A stretch of 64,000 nt of DNA from a virus, in IMG/VR virus record IMGVR_UViG_3300029305_003340, positions 338 through 64,337 of that record; one strand, given 5' to 3'. This document shows positions 10,926-20,302 of this stretch, in pieces; position 1 is the first letter of the stretch, and every line of letters begins with the position of its first letter. Under the pieces are notes generated by a model, which was not told where the DNA came from, did no database searches, and saw nothing but the letters and a program-made list of their open reading frames with translations. The position numbers and the translations under genes were made by a program.

Positions 10926-11360
10926 ATGAGTATGTTAGAGTTTTTCTCTATGTACTGGGCTAATATTTTATTAAGTTTAGTGACTGCGGGAGCCCTCGCT
11001 TTTTGCCGCTGGACCTGGAAACAAATGAAAAACTATAAGTCTCTTTTAGATTAGCAAGAAATAGATACTTATGATGATCATATTGAAGAAAAATTAGCAC
11101 CTGTAATTGAAGAAATTGAAAAACTGCGTGAGTATATACGTCAAGTGGATACTACCGAAAAACATAAAATTGATTTAATCGTTGATTCATATAAATTCAG
11201 ATTAACTCAAATGTGCCGTTTATATCTTAAACAAGGATATATGACACAAGACCAATATGACCAATTAACTGAGTTTTATAAACTTTATGAAGCTCTTGGC
11301 GGAAATGGTCAGGCAAAACAATATTTTGAAAAGACTATTGCTTTACCTATAAAACCATAA
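10926..11360 (+). CDS. membrane protein of the phage YxxLGGNG family (holin-like/lysis-associated); TAG at 11052-11054
   Basis: N-terminal TM YWANILLSLVTAGALAF, coiled coil, C-terminal YKLYEALGGNG...LP; joins ORF 11145-11360. Confidence 0.65.
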
Positions 11361-11408
11361 AAAAAAATAAGGGAGAATATATTAAAAAATATATTCTCCC
11401 TCTTTTTT
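11361..11408. terminator. bidirectional intrinsic terminator between the two convergent arms
   Basis: AGGGAGAATATAT / ATATATTCTCCCT inverted repeat flanked by A and T tracts. Confidence 0.85.
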
Positions 11409-11720
11409 ATTGTCTTTAAGACGCTTAAAAAGTAGATTAGTGATTCCTATAATTTCTTGCCCATAGGTAGCAATAATATCAGCTAAAAGCTCTTCTTGCT
11501 CATAAGTTAACTCTACATTATAGCTATACATAGCTGCATGAGTCAGTTCATGGCAAAGAACTTTTTTCATATAATAGCTATTTAATTCTTCATTAATAAC
11601 TATTGTCTTTAGTGGGTCATCACAGGCCCCAATGGCATAATTACCATTACTCATTAATAAGAGAGGATGGAAGGGAGATACCAGCAATATCTCCCAATCT
11701 TCTCCATTAATATTAATCAT
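11382..11720 (-). CDS. small HExxH zinc metallopeptidase-like protein (cassette gene 6)
   Basis: KVLCHELTHA followed by EQEELLAD; GACD...IVINEEL preceding strand motif. Confidence 0.7.
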   Translation of the reverse strand: MININGEDWEILLVSPFHPLLLMSNGNYAIGACDDPLKTIVINEELNSYYMKKVLCHELTHAAMYSYNVELTYEQEELLADIIATYGQEIIGITNLLFKRLKDNKKEGEYIF

Positions 11721-12411
11721 CTTCTAATTTAGCCACTTTCTGTGCTAATGAAGACATGCGATTGGCCAGATACTTCTTCTCTTCTGGAGAAGCATCTTCA
11801 ATCATTTCAACTACATCATTAGAAAGTTCTTTAATATACTTTTCTAATTCTTGTAATTGAACATTTTTGTCATGTTTCATTTCTTTAGCTTCCATATATC
11901 TGCGGCGGCTCATGGGGCTTTGGCCTTCGCGATGATCACGCATCATCATCTCATAGGGGATCTGGCGTTCATGATAGTTTCTTCGTCCCCCATTAGAGCC
12001 AGAAGACCCGCTATTAGAAGATCCAGAAGATCCACTTCCTCCACTTGAGGAAGATCCGTCGGTATACATTCTGCCGTCGTTGTACATGGTGCCATCATTA
12101 TACATTGGCTGATACATTCTACCATCATTGTACATAGGGTAATACATGCGGCCGTACATTTTGTCCATGTCTCTATTGTATCCTGGCTCAGAGTAATATA
12201 CTGTGGTGTTGTAGTGTCCTCCATTTCCACCCTCCTCTGCCTTTTTCATTGATTCAGTGATAGTGCAATAATACATTGCCTCTTCAAGGTCTTTAATCAT
12301 ATCTACAACTTCACCGAGTTCTTTAGCGTCAACACTTTCTAAATGACCCATTTGGCCCTAAGCACAACACATTAAAGTGTCTTTCATTGATTTTAGCATT
12401 TCCATACCCAT
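11713..12411 (-). CDS. helical protein with central Tyr/Met/Gly/Ser low-complexity region (cassette gene 5); TAG at 12358-12360
   Basis: ATG 12411 after AGGAGG; MGMEMLKSMKDTLMCCA*GQMGH..., MYNDG repeats, C-terminal helical LEKYIKEL...ASPEEK. Confidence 0.8.
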
Positions 12412-12425
12412 AATAAAAGACCTCC

Positions 12426-12845
12426 TTATGCTACTCTCTCAACAATTAAGTTCGCATTTTGAACATCAATTGCTTGAGTGCTGATATTGCGGACGCCAAC
12501 AGAAGCGCAGCAACCGCGTGGAACCTCGATGAAAATTGCACTGAATACATTCCAAAATTCTTCTACTGCGGCAGGTGTAACAGTCATAGTAGTTGTAGCA
12601 ATTGGCTCCCCATCTAAAGAGATAGCAAGAGAAATAGCTTCAACTGTTCCATCTGTTGGAATTGCAATATTACCACCAAAAGTTACCTTAAAACGGGCAC
12701 GGCATTGGTTGGTGACCCCTTTAAGAGTCACCAAACCGCTGCCATCTCTATGGGTAATGGAGCAACTTCCGCAAATCACTTCGTCGGTAAATAGTACATT
12801 TTGGTTTTCTGCTACAGTTTGTAAAGCATTAGCAGTTATTTCCAT
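12426..12845 (-). CDS. beta-rich protein, possibly BclA-C/TNF-like jelly roll (cassette gene 4)
   Basis: ATG 12845 after GGAGG; QTVAENQNVLF...GSGLVTL...FKVTFGGNI...ISLAISLDGEPI...NANLIVER beta pattern. Fold assignment is inference. Confidence 0.65.
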   Translation of the reverse strand: MEITANALQTVAENQNVLFTDEVICGSCSITHRDGSGLVTLKGVTNQCRARFKVTFGGNIAIPTDGTVEAISLAISLDGEPIATTTMTVTPAAVEEFWNVFSAIFIEVPRGCCASVGVRNISTQAIDVQNANLIVERVA

Positions 12846-12874
12846 AAATTCGTCCCTCCATTTAATTTTTTTAA

Positions 12875-13666
12875 TTAGCCGTTGCAGCCGCAACCGCTAT
12901 TAAAGAAGTTATATCCAAAAGCTGGGGTGTAGCAGCAATTGGGATTTGGAACCATATATGCGGGAACAGGGCATGGATCAGTTAACTTGCTAATTAAATA
13001 GCTATTTTGTGCTTGCTGAGAAGCAGCAAATTTAAGAGACTGATTTTCTGCCTGGAGACTTGCGATCTTATCCTGAGTTAAGAAATCAATGATGTCGCGA
13101 GTGCTATCCGCAATGGCTCTACGAGTATCGCAAGCCTGAGTTGCGAGGTTGTAGTTTAAATCGCAGAAGTTTCTGTCGATTAAACGCTGTGTTTCGCAGC
13201 AGCAAGCAGCGTCTGCGGCAGCCATGCCATTAAGTTGAGCAGTGAGTGCGGTATTACCTGCGGTAATAGCATTCTGTAAGCCAAATGTAGCTTGCATATC
13301 AGCGATAGAGTTTTGAGTAATAGCATCATTAATGCCAGCGAAGCCCTGACATAAAGTGCTTTGGACTCCAGAGAATCCGTTTAACATTCCAGTATTGACG
13401 GCATAGAAACCATCACATAATCCCTACTGGATACCACGAACGCCATTCTCAAGGCCATTAATATCAAATCCATAGGCAACTTCTTCTCTCACGCTTCCGC
13501 CACCTCCATTACCGAAACCATATCCGTTATTGCCCCAGCCGCAAATGAGGAATAAAAGAATTATCCACCATGCGCCGTCGCCCCACATGCCATCGCCGGA
13601 GCCATTGCGTCCGGTGACTGCTGCGATATCGGATAAAGAATAACCTGAATTGCCATAATTAAACAT
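12875..13666 (-). CDS. Gly-rich/TM/coiled-coil/Cys-rich protein, 263 aa (cassette gene 3); TAG at 13424-13426
   Basis: Same-frame ORFs join at GIQ*GLCDGFYA; WWIILLFLICGWG hydrophobic segment, ACCCET, C-terminal NPNCCY...GCGCNG. Confidence 0.85.
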
Positions 13667-13681
13667 AATGTTTACCTCCTG

Positions 13682-13930
13682 TTATTTTCTAACCCCCAGC
13701 ATCTAACAGAAGGCGGCGAATTCTTTATCAAAATCAATGCCACGCTATTTAGAGAGATTGCGAGCAATTTGTTCAATTTCATTTGTCTTTCCGTTCTTTG
13801 CTAAATTTAACAAATTTGCTCCCATTGGAGTGTTGGACATTTGGCCCTCTAAAATACTTAGCACTAATTGCTGAGGGTTCTATCCATTCTTAATCATTTG
13901 AATTAATTGGGCTGGATTTACTTGTAACAT
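13682..13930 (-). CDS. small Gln/Asn/Met-rich helical protein, 82 aa (cassette gene 2); 3 TAGs
   Basis: MLQVNPAQLIQMIKNG*NPQQLVLSIL...EQIARNLSK*RGIDFDKEF; absent from the ORF track, fills the gap exactly. Confidence 0.8.
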
Positions 13931-13949
13931 TTATCTTTCTGCCCCCTTC

Positions 13950-14369
13950 TTAGAAATTTAAATCAACTGTTTTCTTCCCCTACACTGTCACTGGTACTGA
14001 CTCTGTAAGAGGGAGTAACACTTGCTTTAATTGAGATATCACTTCATCGAATTCTTGTCTTGTTACAAAATCGGTAGATGTGGCAGCCATGGGGTCTGAG
14101 AAAGGTATTTCTTTTAGCTCATATAGCTGTAAAATTGCGGAGCCATCCATACCGACTTGTTTAGTATAGATTCGTTTGTTGGCGATATCTGGGAAAATGA
14201 AAATTGATCCATCAAAATCTATTGGGGTAGCTTTGACTTCCTCCACTGAAGATACTGGACGTCCTTTCAGCATCATCTGTTGCGTTGGCATCATCGCAGA
14301 CCTGGTATAATAGTTTTGAGGAGCTTGTTGTTGAGTATTAGTATAATACCCATAAGGATTTTGTGTCAT
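13950..14369 (-). CDS. protein with Q/N/Y/P-rich N-terminus and small beta domain (cassette gene 1); TAG at 13980-13982
   Basis: MTQNPYGYY..QQQAPQ, LKGRPVSSVEEVKATPIDFDGS, IYTKQ..MDG, FVTRQEFDE; TAA at 13950-13952. Confidence 0.8.
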
Positions 14370-14422
14370 ACGTATGTGCTTCCTTTCTGTAAAATTTTTT
14401 CCAACTTCTCTCCATACTCTTA

Positions 14423-14458
14423 TAAAAATTTATGTAAATTCATTGTAAAAGTTTGTCC
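14423..14458 (-). promoter_or_regulatory. copy of recurrent GGNCRA motif heading the six-gene cassette
   Basis: GGACAA-actttta-CAAT...ATAAATTTTTAT on the - strand, just downstream of a terminator. Confidence 0.5.
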
Positions 14459-14483
14459 AAACGATCGGCGAGCGCCTGCAAAC

Positions 14484-14528
14484 AAAAAAAAAGAGGGAGA
14501 CACCCATTTTAGGTGTCTCCCTCTTTTT
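14484..14528 (-). terminator. intrinsic terminator after the holin
   Basis: AAAAAGAGGGAGACACC / GGTGTCTCCCTCTTTTT inverted repeat with T tract on the - strand. Confidence 0.85.
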
Positions 14529-14532
14529 ACTT

Positions 14533-14937
14533 TTATTCAACAGGAGTAATCTTATTCTTATTGACTTCTGCTTCAATTTTCTTAGTGATGTAAGCAGTTA
14601 AATCACCATATACATTAGAAAGATAAATTTTTGCATCGTCAGTAATAATGTTCATAACTGCTTTATAAGTTAATTCAAAAGCAGCTTTTTGTGCTTCTAA
14701 ATCAAAAGCATTTTTATTTTTAAGTGCTTCAACATAAGTTTGATTAGTAGCGATAACACAATCAATAATGGTATCGTCTAACAAGTCAATATATTTTTGA
14801 ACAAGAGCGTCATCACTCTCTTTAGAAATTTGTTCACTTTTAGCACTAATAAACTTAATTAAATAAGTAGTTAATAATCCCAAAAGAGGAATTATACATA
14901 CTTGAAAAATTTCATTTAAAATAATAATCCAATCCAT
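14533..14937 (-). CDS. putative holin (LL-H-like)
   Basis: N-terminal TM VCIIPLLGLLTTYLIKFI, then V.ATNQTYVEALK...YITKKIEAEV; located at the end of the tail gene block. Confidence 0.65.
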   Translation of the reverse strand: MDWIIILNEIFQVCIIPLLGLLTTYLIKFISAKSEQISKESDDALVQKYIDLLDDTIIDCVIATNQTYVEALKNKNAFDLEAQKAAFELTYKAVMNIITDDAKIYLSNVYGDLTAYITKKIEAEVNKNKITPVE

Positions 14938-14951
14938 AATAAATCTCCTTT

Positions 14952-16067
14952 TTATCGAATACGAATCCAAATTCGTCCATCAACTGCAATATTATTTTGA
15001 CCCCAAGTATCATAAGTAGGAATTTCAGAAACAGTTCCTATAATACGATCTGGGTACATGCAAATTTCTTCACGAGTCATTTTACTAATAGTACCATCGG
15101 GGCCAGAACAAACAGAATCTCCAGCTTTAAATTTTTCTTTTGGCTCATAAGGATAGGCTAAAACTCTTCCTGCAACAGCAATAGGAGCTTTACATTTTTC
15201 AGTCTCGCCAATGGCAAAACCAAAAGTATCAGAAATAATTTCTGGGGCAGGCTCAAGACGCTTATAAGAAAGTCTTAAAGTTCCATCTCCATTTTCAACG
15301 ACGCATCTACCTGGATCCGCATATGCTTCACGGAATTCAGCATAGTCATTATAAACTGCCCCATAAAAAGCTACATGAGAATCTACTCGAGAACTTGTCA
15401 TAGTTAGAGTTTTTGTATAAGTCACTGCATCATTAGAACATCCTGTGTAAAATTCAATCTTTCCATCCGAAGTTAAATAAATTGCTTCATCATCTGCTAA
15501 AGCTGCTGCCGCAGGCATAGTTTTTCCACATTCTCCAGAAGTAATAATTGTAGTGCCCGAAGGTGATCCTAAACGAACACTTAAATTATATGTATTATCT
15601 GCATTTTCGGTTCCAACCATATCAATAACACTACCGTTATAATATGATCCAGCTCCATTTTGATAGGAAACATTTAAAGCTGGAATAATTTGTCCTTTTG
15701 TTGGAGTAGCAGTAGTATTTTTAAGAGTTATTTGGCCAGTAACAGTGCCACCGGTTAAAGGTAAATAATTATTTAAAGCCGAAGTAGTAGCTGCCCCAAT
15801 AGAAGCTGGAGTAATCGCACCTATAGATTCATCCACATAGTTTTCAGTTGCTAAATTATCAGGTAAATTAATATTGGTAATAGCAGTATTAACATATTCT
15901 TCTGTAGCTAAATTATCAGGAATTGTGATATTAGCAACTGCATTATCCACGTATTCTTCAGTAGCATATCCTTCAAGACTGGGTATAACTAAATCTTGAA
16001 TCCTAGTAACAGCTGCATCTATGGCAGCACCAGTATGTATAGAAGTATAAGTTGTTATATCAGCCAT
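14952..16067 (-). CDS. tail fibre/spike protein with C-terminal intramolecular-chaperone (Peptidase_G2-like) domain
   Basis: ATEEYVD repeats, YLPLTGGTVTG, NDYAEF...SDTFGFAIG...PIAVAGRV...GDSVCSGPDG...YPDRIIG. Confidence 0.75.
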   Translation of the reverse strand: MADITTYTSIHTGAAIDAAVTRIQDLVIPSLEGYATEEYVDNAVANITIPDNLATEEYVNTAITNINLPDNLATENYVDESIGAITPASIGAATTSALNNYLPLTGGTVTGQITLKNTTATPTKGQIIPALNVSYQNGAGSYYNGSVIDMVGTENADNTYNLSVRLGSPSGTTIITSGECGKTMPAAAALADDEAIYLTSDGKIEFYTGCSNDAVTYTKTLTMTSSRVDSHVAFYGAVYNDYAEFREAYADPGRCVVENGDGTLRLSYKRLEPAPEIISDTFGFAIGETEKCKAPIAVAGRVLAYPYEPKEKFKAGDSVCSGPDGTISKMTREEICMYPDRIIGTVSEIPTYDTWGQNNIAVDGRIWIRIR

Positions 16068-16070
16068 TTA

Positions 16071-17546
16071 TTACACCACCTTTATCCAAATGCGGCCGTT
16101 AACCGCGACATCATTCTGGCCCCAGGTCTCATAGGCGGGGACCGCGCTAACATATCCAATAATACGGTCTGGGTATTCTTTAATTTCTTCTCTTGTCATT
16201 TTACTTACAGTTCCTTCTGGTCCGGTACATACCGCATCGCCAGGCTCATAAGTGTTTCTATCTTCATAAGTATAAACTAAAGCTCTTCCACTAACAGCAA
16301 TAGGCATTTGAGCCTTATCGGTTTCACCAATAGCAAAACCAAAAGTATCAGAACAAACATTACCTCCGCCTTGAAGACGTTTAGTAGAAAGAGATAAAGT
16401 ATCATCACCATTTTCAATTACTATTCGGCCATATGGAATTTTAATGTCTTCTTTTAATTCACGATATTCAGCATAGTCGTTCCAAGCTGCTCCATATAAT
16501 ACAGAACCAGAAGTATAAACGCCTGTATTCATGGTAACAGAGGCAGAAGAAGATGCTGCCGCAGAGACTCCTACTACATAAGCCTTAGAAGTAGCGGAAG
16601 GAATATTATTATTTACGAGAGTACCGTTTCTAGTTGGAAGGTAATTAGTATAATTAGAAGTTGAACTAATAGCAGTTAAATAATTATATCCTGTGCTGTC
16701 TCCATAAATAGCTACTCCGCCATGTTTATTTCCTGCAGTCCCTGACGCGGTATTATTACCAAGCCACAACTAACATCTTCCTGCAGTATCAGCAGTACCA
16801 TTCTAAATACTTAAATAAGCATTAGCAGTTTTTGCAACTGTAGTAGTATTAGTGCTAGAAGATGTTCCTCCAAGTAAATAATAATTAGTTATTGTGCTTG
16901 GATTTACCGCAGTCTAAGTTACCTTAGTGTCAGTAACAGTAATCCATCCTGCATCTCCATCAGTTGCACTATTTTTTGCTAAAACCTGACCTGCACTACC
17001 ACCAGTAGGCAAAGCAACTATTTCTTGCCAAGTAGCATCACCTTCAGTTGAGCTATTTTTAACTAAAACTTGACCTGCGGAACCTCCTTCTGGAAGTCCT
17101 TGAACATCAGCCCAAACAGCATCGCCATTAGAAGAACTCTATTTAGTAAGAACCTAACCTGCATTGCCGCCATTAGGAAGAGCAACGTCTTCCCCAGACA
17201 AGAAAAATAATTGTCCATTTTCACCTTCTGCGGGTAAAGTATCGCCATAACTAACATCTTCGGTGAGTATCAATGGTTCAGATAGTCCTACTTTAAGATC
17301 AATAATGGTATCTTCACCATTAAATGTGCCAATAGTTTCTCCATCAGCCTAAAGAATTAAAGTTCCTTTTGTGTGATCTGCGGTTCCAGCGTTCAAAACA
17401 ATACGGCTATCCGTACCAGTCGCTGTCGCAGTATCAATATAGAATTTTCCATCATCTGTGGTTACATAGCAATAACCTTCAATAGTATTTGGTCTATTGA
17501 TTTTTAAAGCCTCAGCTAGACCTTTTTCAATTTTAAAGAGTGCCAA
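16071..17546 (-). CDS. tail fibre/spike protein with C-terminal intramolecular-chaperone domain; several TAGs
   Basis: TTG start after GAAAGGAGAG; ORFs 17349-17546 and 16071-16769 in the same frame; NDYAEY C-terminus paralogous to the downstream gene. Confidence 0.75.
16944..17183 (-). repeat. three 84-bp (28-aa) coding tandem repeats LPxGGxAGQVLxKxSxxxGDAxW
   Basis: The equivalent Gln codon is TAG (17154-56), CAA (17070-72) and CAG (16986-88). Confidence 0.9.
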
Positions 17547-17580
17547 TCTTCAGCCTCTCCTTTCAAAATCCATATATTCA

Positions 17581-17610
17581 AAAATGGAGTAAGTTTTCTT
17601 ACTCCATTTT
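17581..17610 (-). terminator. hairpin / probable terminator
   Basis: AAAATGGAGTAAG / CTTACTCCATTTT perfect inverted repeat over the stop codon. Confidence 0.6.
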
Positions 17611-18192
17611 TAACCAATAAATATCATTTTGTTTGCGAATAGTATCTATCTCTTGATAAATTTCAAGAATAGTATCCGCATCATAAATATAATTTTCAGA
17701 CTCACTTAAAGCATCCATGCCATGTAAAACAGCACTTTTACTTGTTAAAGTATTTAAATTATATAAATATTTTCCATTAGCTTCTAACTTATAAAATTTA
17801 ACAGAAAAAGTCACATTACCCGAAAAAGCAGTCGCTGCTCCCTCAATCATCCAAGGAAAAAGAATTTTTCCTTCACGAGATAAATCAAAATAAGGGACAT
17901 AGTAAACATAGCCTTTTTTCTTATTATCTGGATCAGCATTTTGGAACTAAACGACACAATGAAGATTATTTAAATCTACTGAGTCATAATACCTATCAAT
18001 TTCAAAATAAATAGTCTCTGCGCAATGATCATACTAAACACTTAAAACTTTTGGAGCTTCAATTGTTCGAGTATTTAAATCTATTTTATAAATAGGCTCG
18101 TCAGGTGGGAGTGTGAGAGCTTTTACCTGACGATTATTAGTATCTTGTATTAAATATAATAAACTTTCATAATCATAAGAAGTGGTTATCAT
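17599..18192 (-). CDS. baseplate upper protein (BppU-N-like); TAG-containing
   Basis: IDLNTRTIEAP..LSV*YDHCAETIYFEIDRYYD...FSVKFY; paralogous to the N-terminus of the upstream gene. Confidence 0.6.
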
Positions 18193-18214
18193 TTAGAACT
18201 CTCACTCCTCTTTA

Positions 18215-20002
18215 TTATTCAGCGTTAAAGGGAAGACTTGTCACAGACGCCTCATCCTCATTATATTTATTTGTAATTATGCACTTATAAATACCACTTT
18301 CTGAAACTTTATAAATAATATTAGTTTCTCCTATAATATTTTCATATTTTTTTGTTTCAGAATTTCTTTTTTGCCACTAATAAAGAATTTCATCAAAGTC
18401 AGTAGAATTGACTTTTGCATCGCAACTAATTTCAGCATTAACACTAACATAAATAGTGTTATCCTAAATAGATTGAATTATTCCATCGGCAAGATAATTA
18501 GAAATTGTAGGAGCTATTGCTCTATTGGTAACTCTAATCGCAGGAGAAACTGTTTCTAAAGAATTATTATTCTTAGTATTAGTAGCAATTAAATAATAAT
18601 GACCTTTTTCAGTAATCTCAATAGAATTAGAAGTCTAACCTTCAAGAATAACGGCTTTGCTATAGTCATCATCATTTTTACTATATCCAGAATAATATTT
18701 CCATTTATAGGTTAAAACCCCGTTATCTGGAGCAGTTACCTCATAAACAACAGGATCTATAGTTCCATCCTCGTTTAAAATATCTTCTAAAATAATAGAT
18801 CTGTCTTCTAAAACAAAAATGGCCTGTTGCGCAAATGGAACTAAACAATCATCTTCTATGCTAGAATAATTGCCACGTCCAGAAGTATTAGTAGCAGTAA
18901 CCACATATAAGCCAGCCGTTTTAGGAGCACAATAAGAATATCTTTCGTAAATTGTGACGCCTTCTTCAGCAGGCAAATCTCCATTATAAAGCTCATATTT
19001 TCCATCTCTTAAATAATAATAAACATCATTAGCTTTTCTTTCAGTGTCTAAAGTTTCTTCATACCCATATCCTTGAGTTAAAGTTTCTTCAACATTATTA
19101 CCTTCGGCATCTTTCTAAATCCAATTATAAGAGATTTCGCCAATACCAGTTAAAATATTCTCTGGAACATGAGCTTTAGTCTTTAAAATTTTAGTTTCAA
19201 TACCATTAATCAAAATAGTGGTTTTAATATCATCAAGATTAATAGATTCTGCTAAAATCCAGCCTTCTTCAAAAACAGGCTCCGCGGCCGGAGTAGTAAT
19301 ACCAGTAGCTGCACTATTTTTAATATTATCAAAAATCATTTTACTTTTATCAACTATAGTTGCTGTAATAGCATCTTCATCTGAAATGTCAAAATCAAGA
19401 GCAGGATTAACCTTTACAGTAGCAGTTAAAGTACTAAAGCTATAAGTTAAATAAGAACTATTATCATCTTCAAATCTATCATAAAAACGAACAGAAAATT
19501 GAACGGGGCCTGCTGCTTTAGTAATTTCAGAAGTGATTGGCCATCCGAAAGTAACATATCCTGGTTTATAACTAAGGCTTTTATTATAAGTTAAAGATAA
19601 GCCTTCATCGCCATCAGCATTTTTCCATTGAACTAAAATATCTTTATAATATAAATCAGTTACATCAAAATATCTGTCAATGGTAAAATAAAGAGTTTCC
19701 GCAATTTCATCGCCTTTAACAGCAATACCAGAAGTCATAAACTCTGTAGGAATTTCAATCTTACGAGTATTAGCATCTATATCAAAAGTTCCTTCATCGA
19801 CTGGCAAAATGGTAAAGATATGATCAGTTCCTTCTCTTTCCTCATATTCAGCCAGAGTTTTTATACAAGTAAAATAATCATCTATATTGGTGATAATGTC
19901 ATCAGGCTTTAAAACCTAACCTTCTTCATCTATATAATTTAAAGCCATGTTGGCTTTTTTAAATAAATCTTGATAAATACCAATATTATCTCTTGTAATC
20001 AT
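18215..20002 (-). CDS. BppU-N-like baseplate/fibre protein with C-terminal Ig-like domains, 595 aa; several TAGs
   Basis: IDANTRKIEIP..IAVKGDEIAETLYFTIDRYFD; Ig-like signatures LTYKW, GLYVVTATN, GIYKCIITN; fragments share a frame. Confidence 0.65.
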
Positions 20003-20036
20003 CTAAAGAACTCCTTTCTTATCATATTAAAATTTT

Positions 20037-20070
20037 ATTGAGAGAAGAGTTTTTTTTCTCTTCTCTCAAT
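20037..20070 (-). terminator. hairpin / probable terminator
   Basis: ATTGAGAGAAGAG / CTCTTCTCTCAAT inverted repeat in the intergenic gap. Confidence 0.55.
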
Positions 20071-20072
20071 AA

Positions 20073-20108
20073 TAAAAATTTATTAAATTTTATTTATTTA
20101 ATTCGTCC
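20073..20108 (-). promoter_or_regulatory. copy of recurrent GGNCRA motif
   Basis: GGACGA-attaaat-AAAT...ATAAATTTTTAT; the last element matches the 14458 copy at identical spacing. Confidence 0.45.
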
Positions 20109-20302
20109 GGAATTTCTTTCCATTCTTCTAATTCTTCTGGAAGAATCGTTACAGAATAAACTTTCCTATCCCCATTAGTTAATAAATTACCTACATCAGC
20201 CTATAAGGTTAACATTTTTACATGGTCAATCCCCTGTAATAAAACTGATGAAGTAATGCTTCCATTTATTCCAATGTATCTATATTGTTTAACAATTTTC
20301 AT
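20090..20302 (-). CDS. small tail-associated hypothetical protein, 70 aa; 1 TAG
   Basis: MKIVKQYRYIG...L*ADVGNLLTNGD...WKEI; start overlaps the stop of the upstream giant gene. Confidence 0.7.

Noticed and set aside
14952-16500. Similar 3' ends of two fibre genes as a DGR template/variable repeat pair
   Set aside because: Differences are not adenine-specific, both copies are coding paralogues, and no reverse transcriptase is in the window.
17598-17615. GGTTAA...GTAA as another copy of the GGNCRA motif
   Set aside because: Lacks the conserved C and the TAA is offset by one base.
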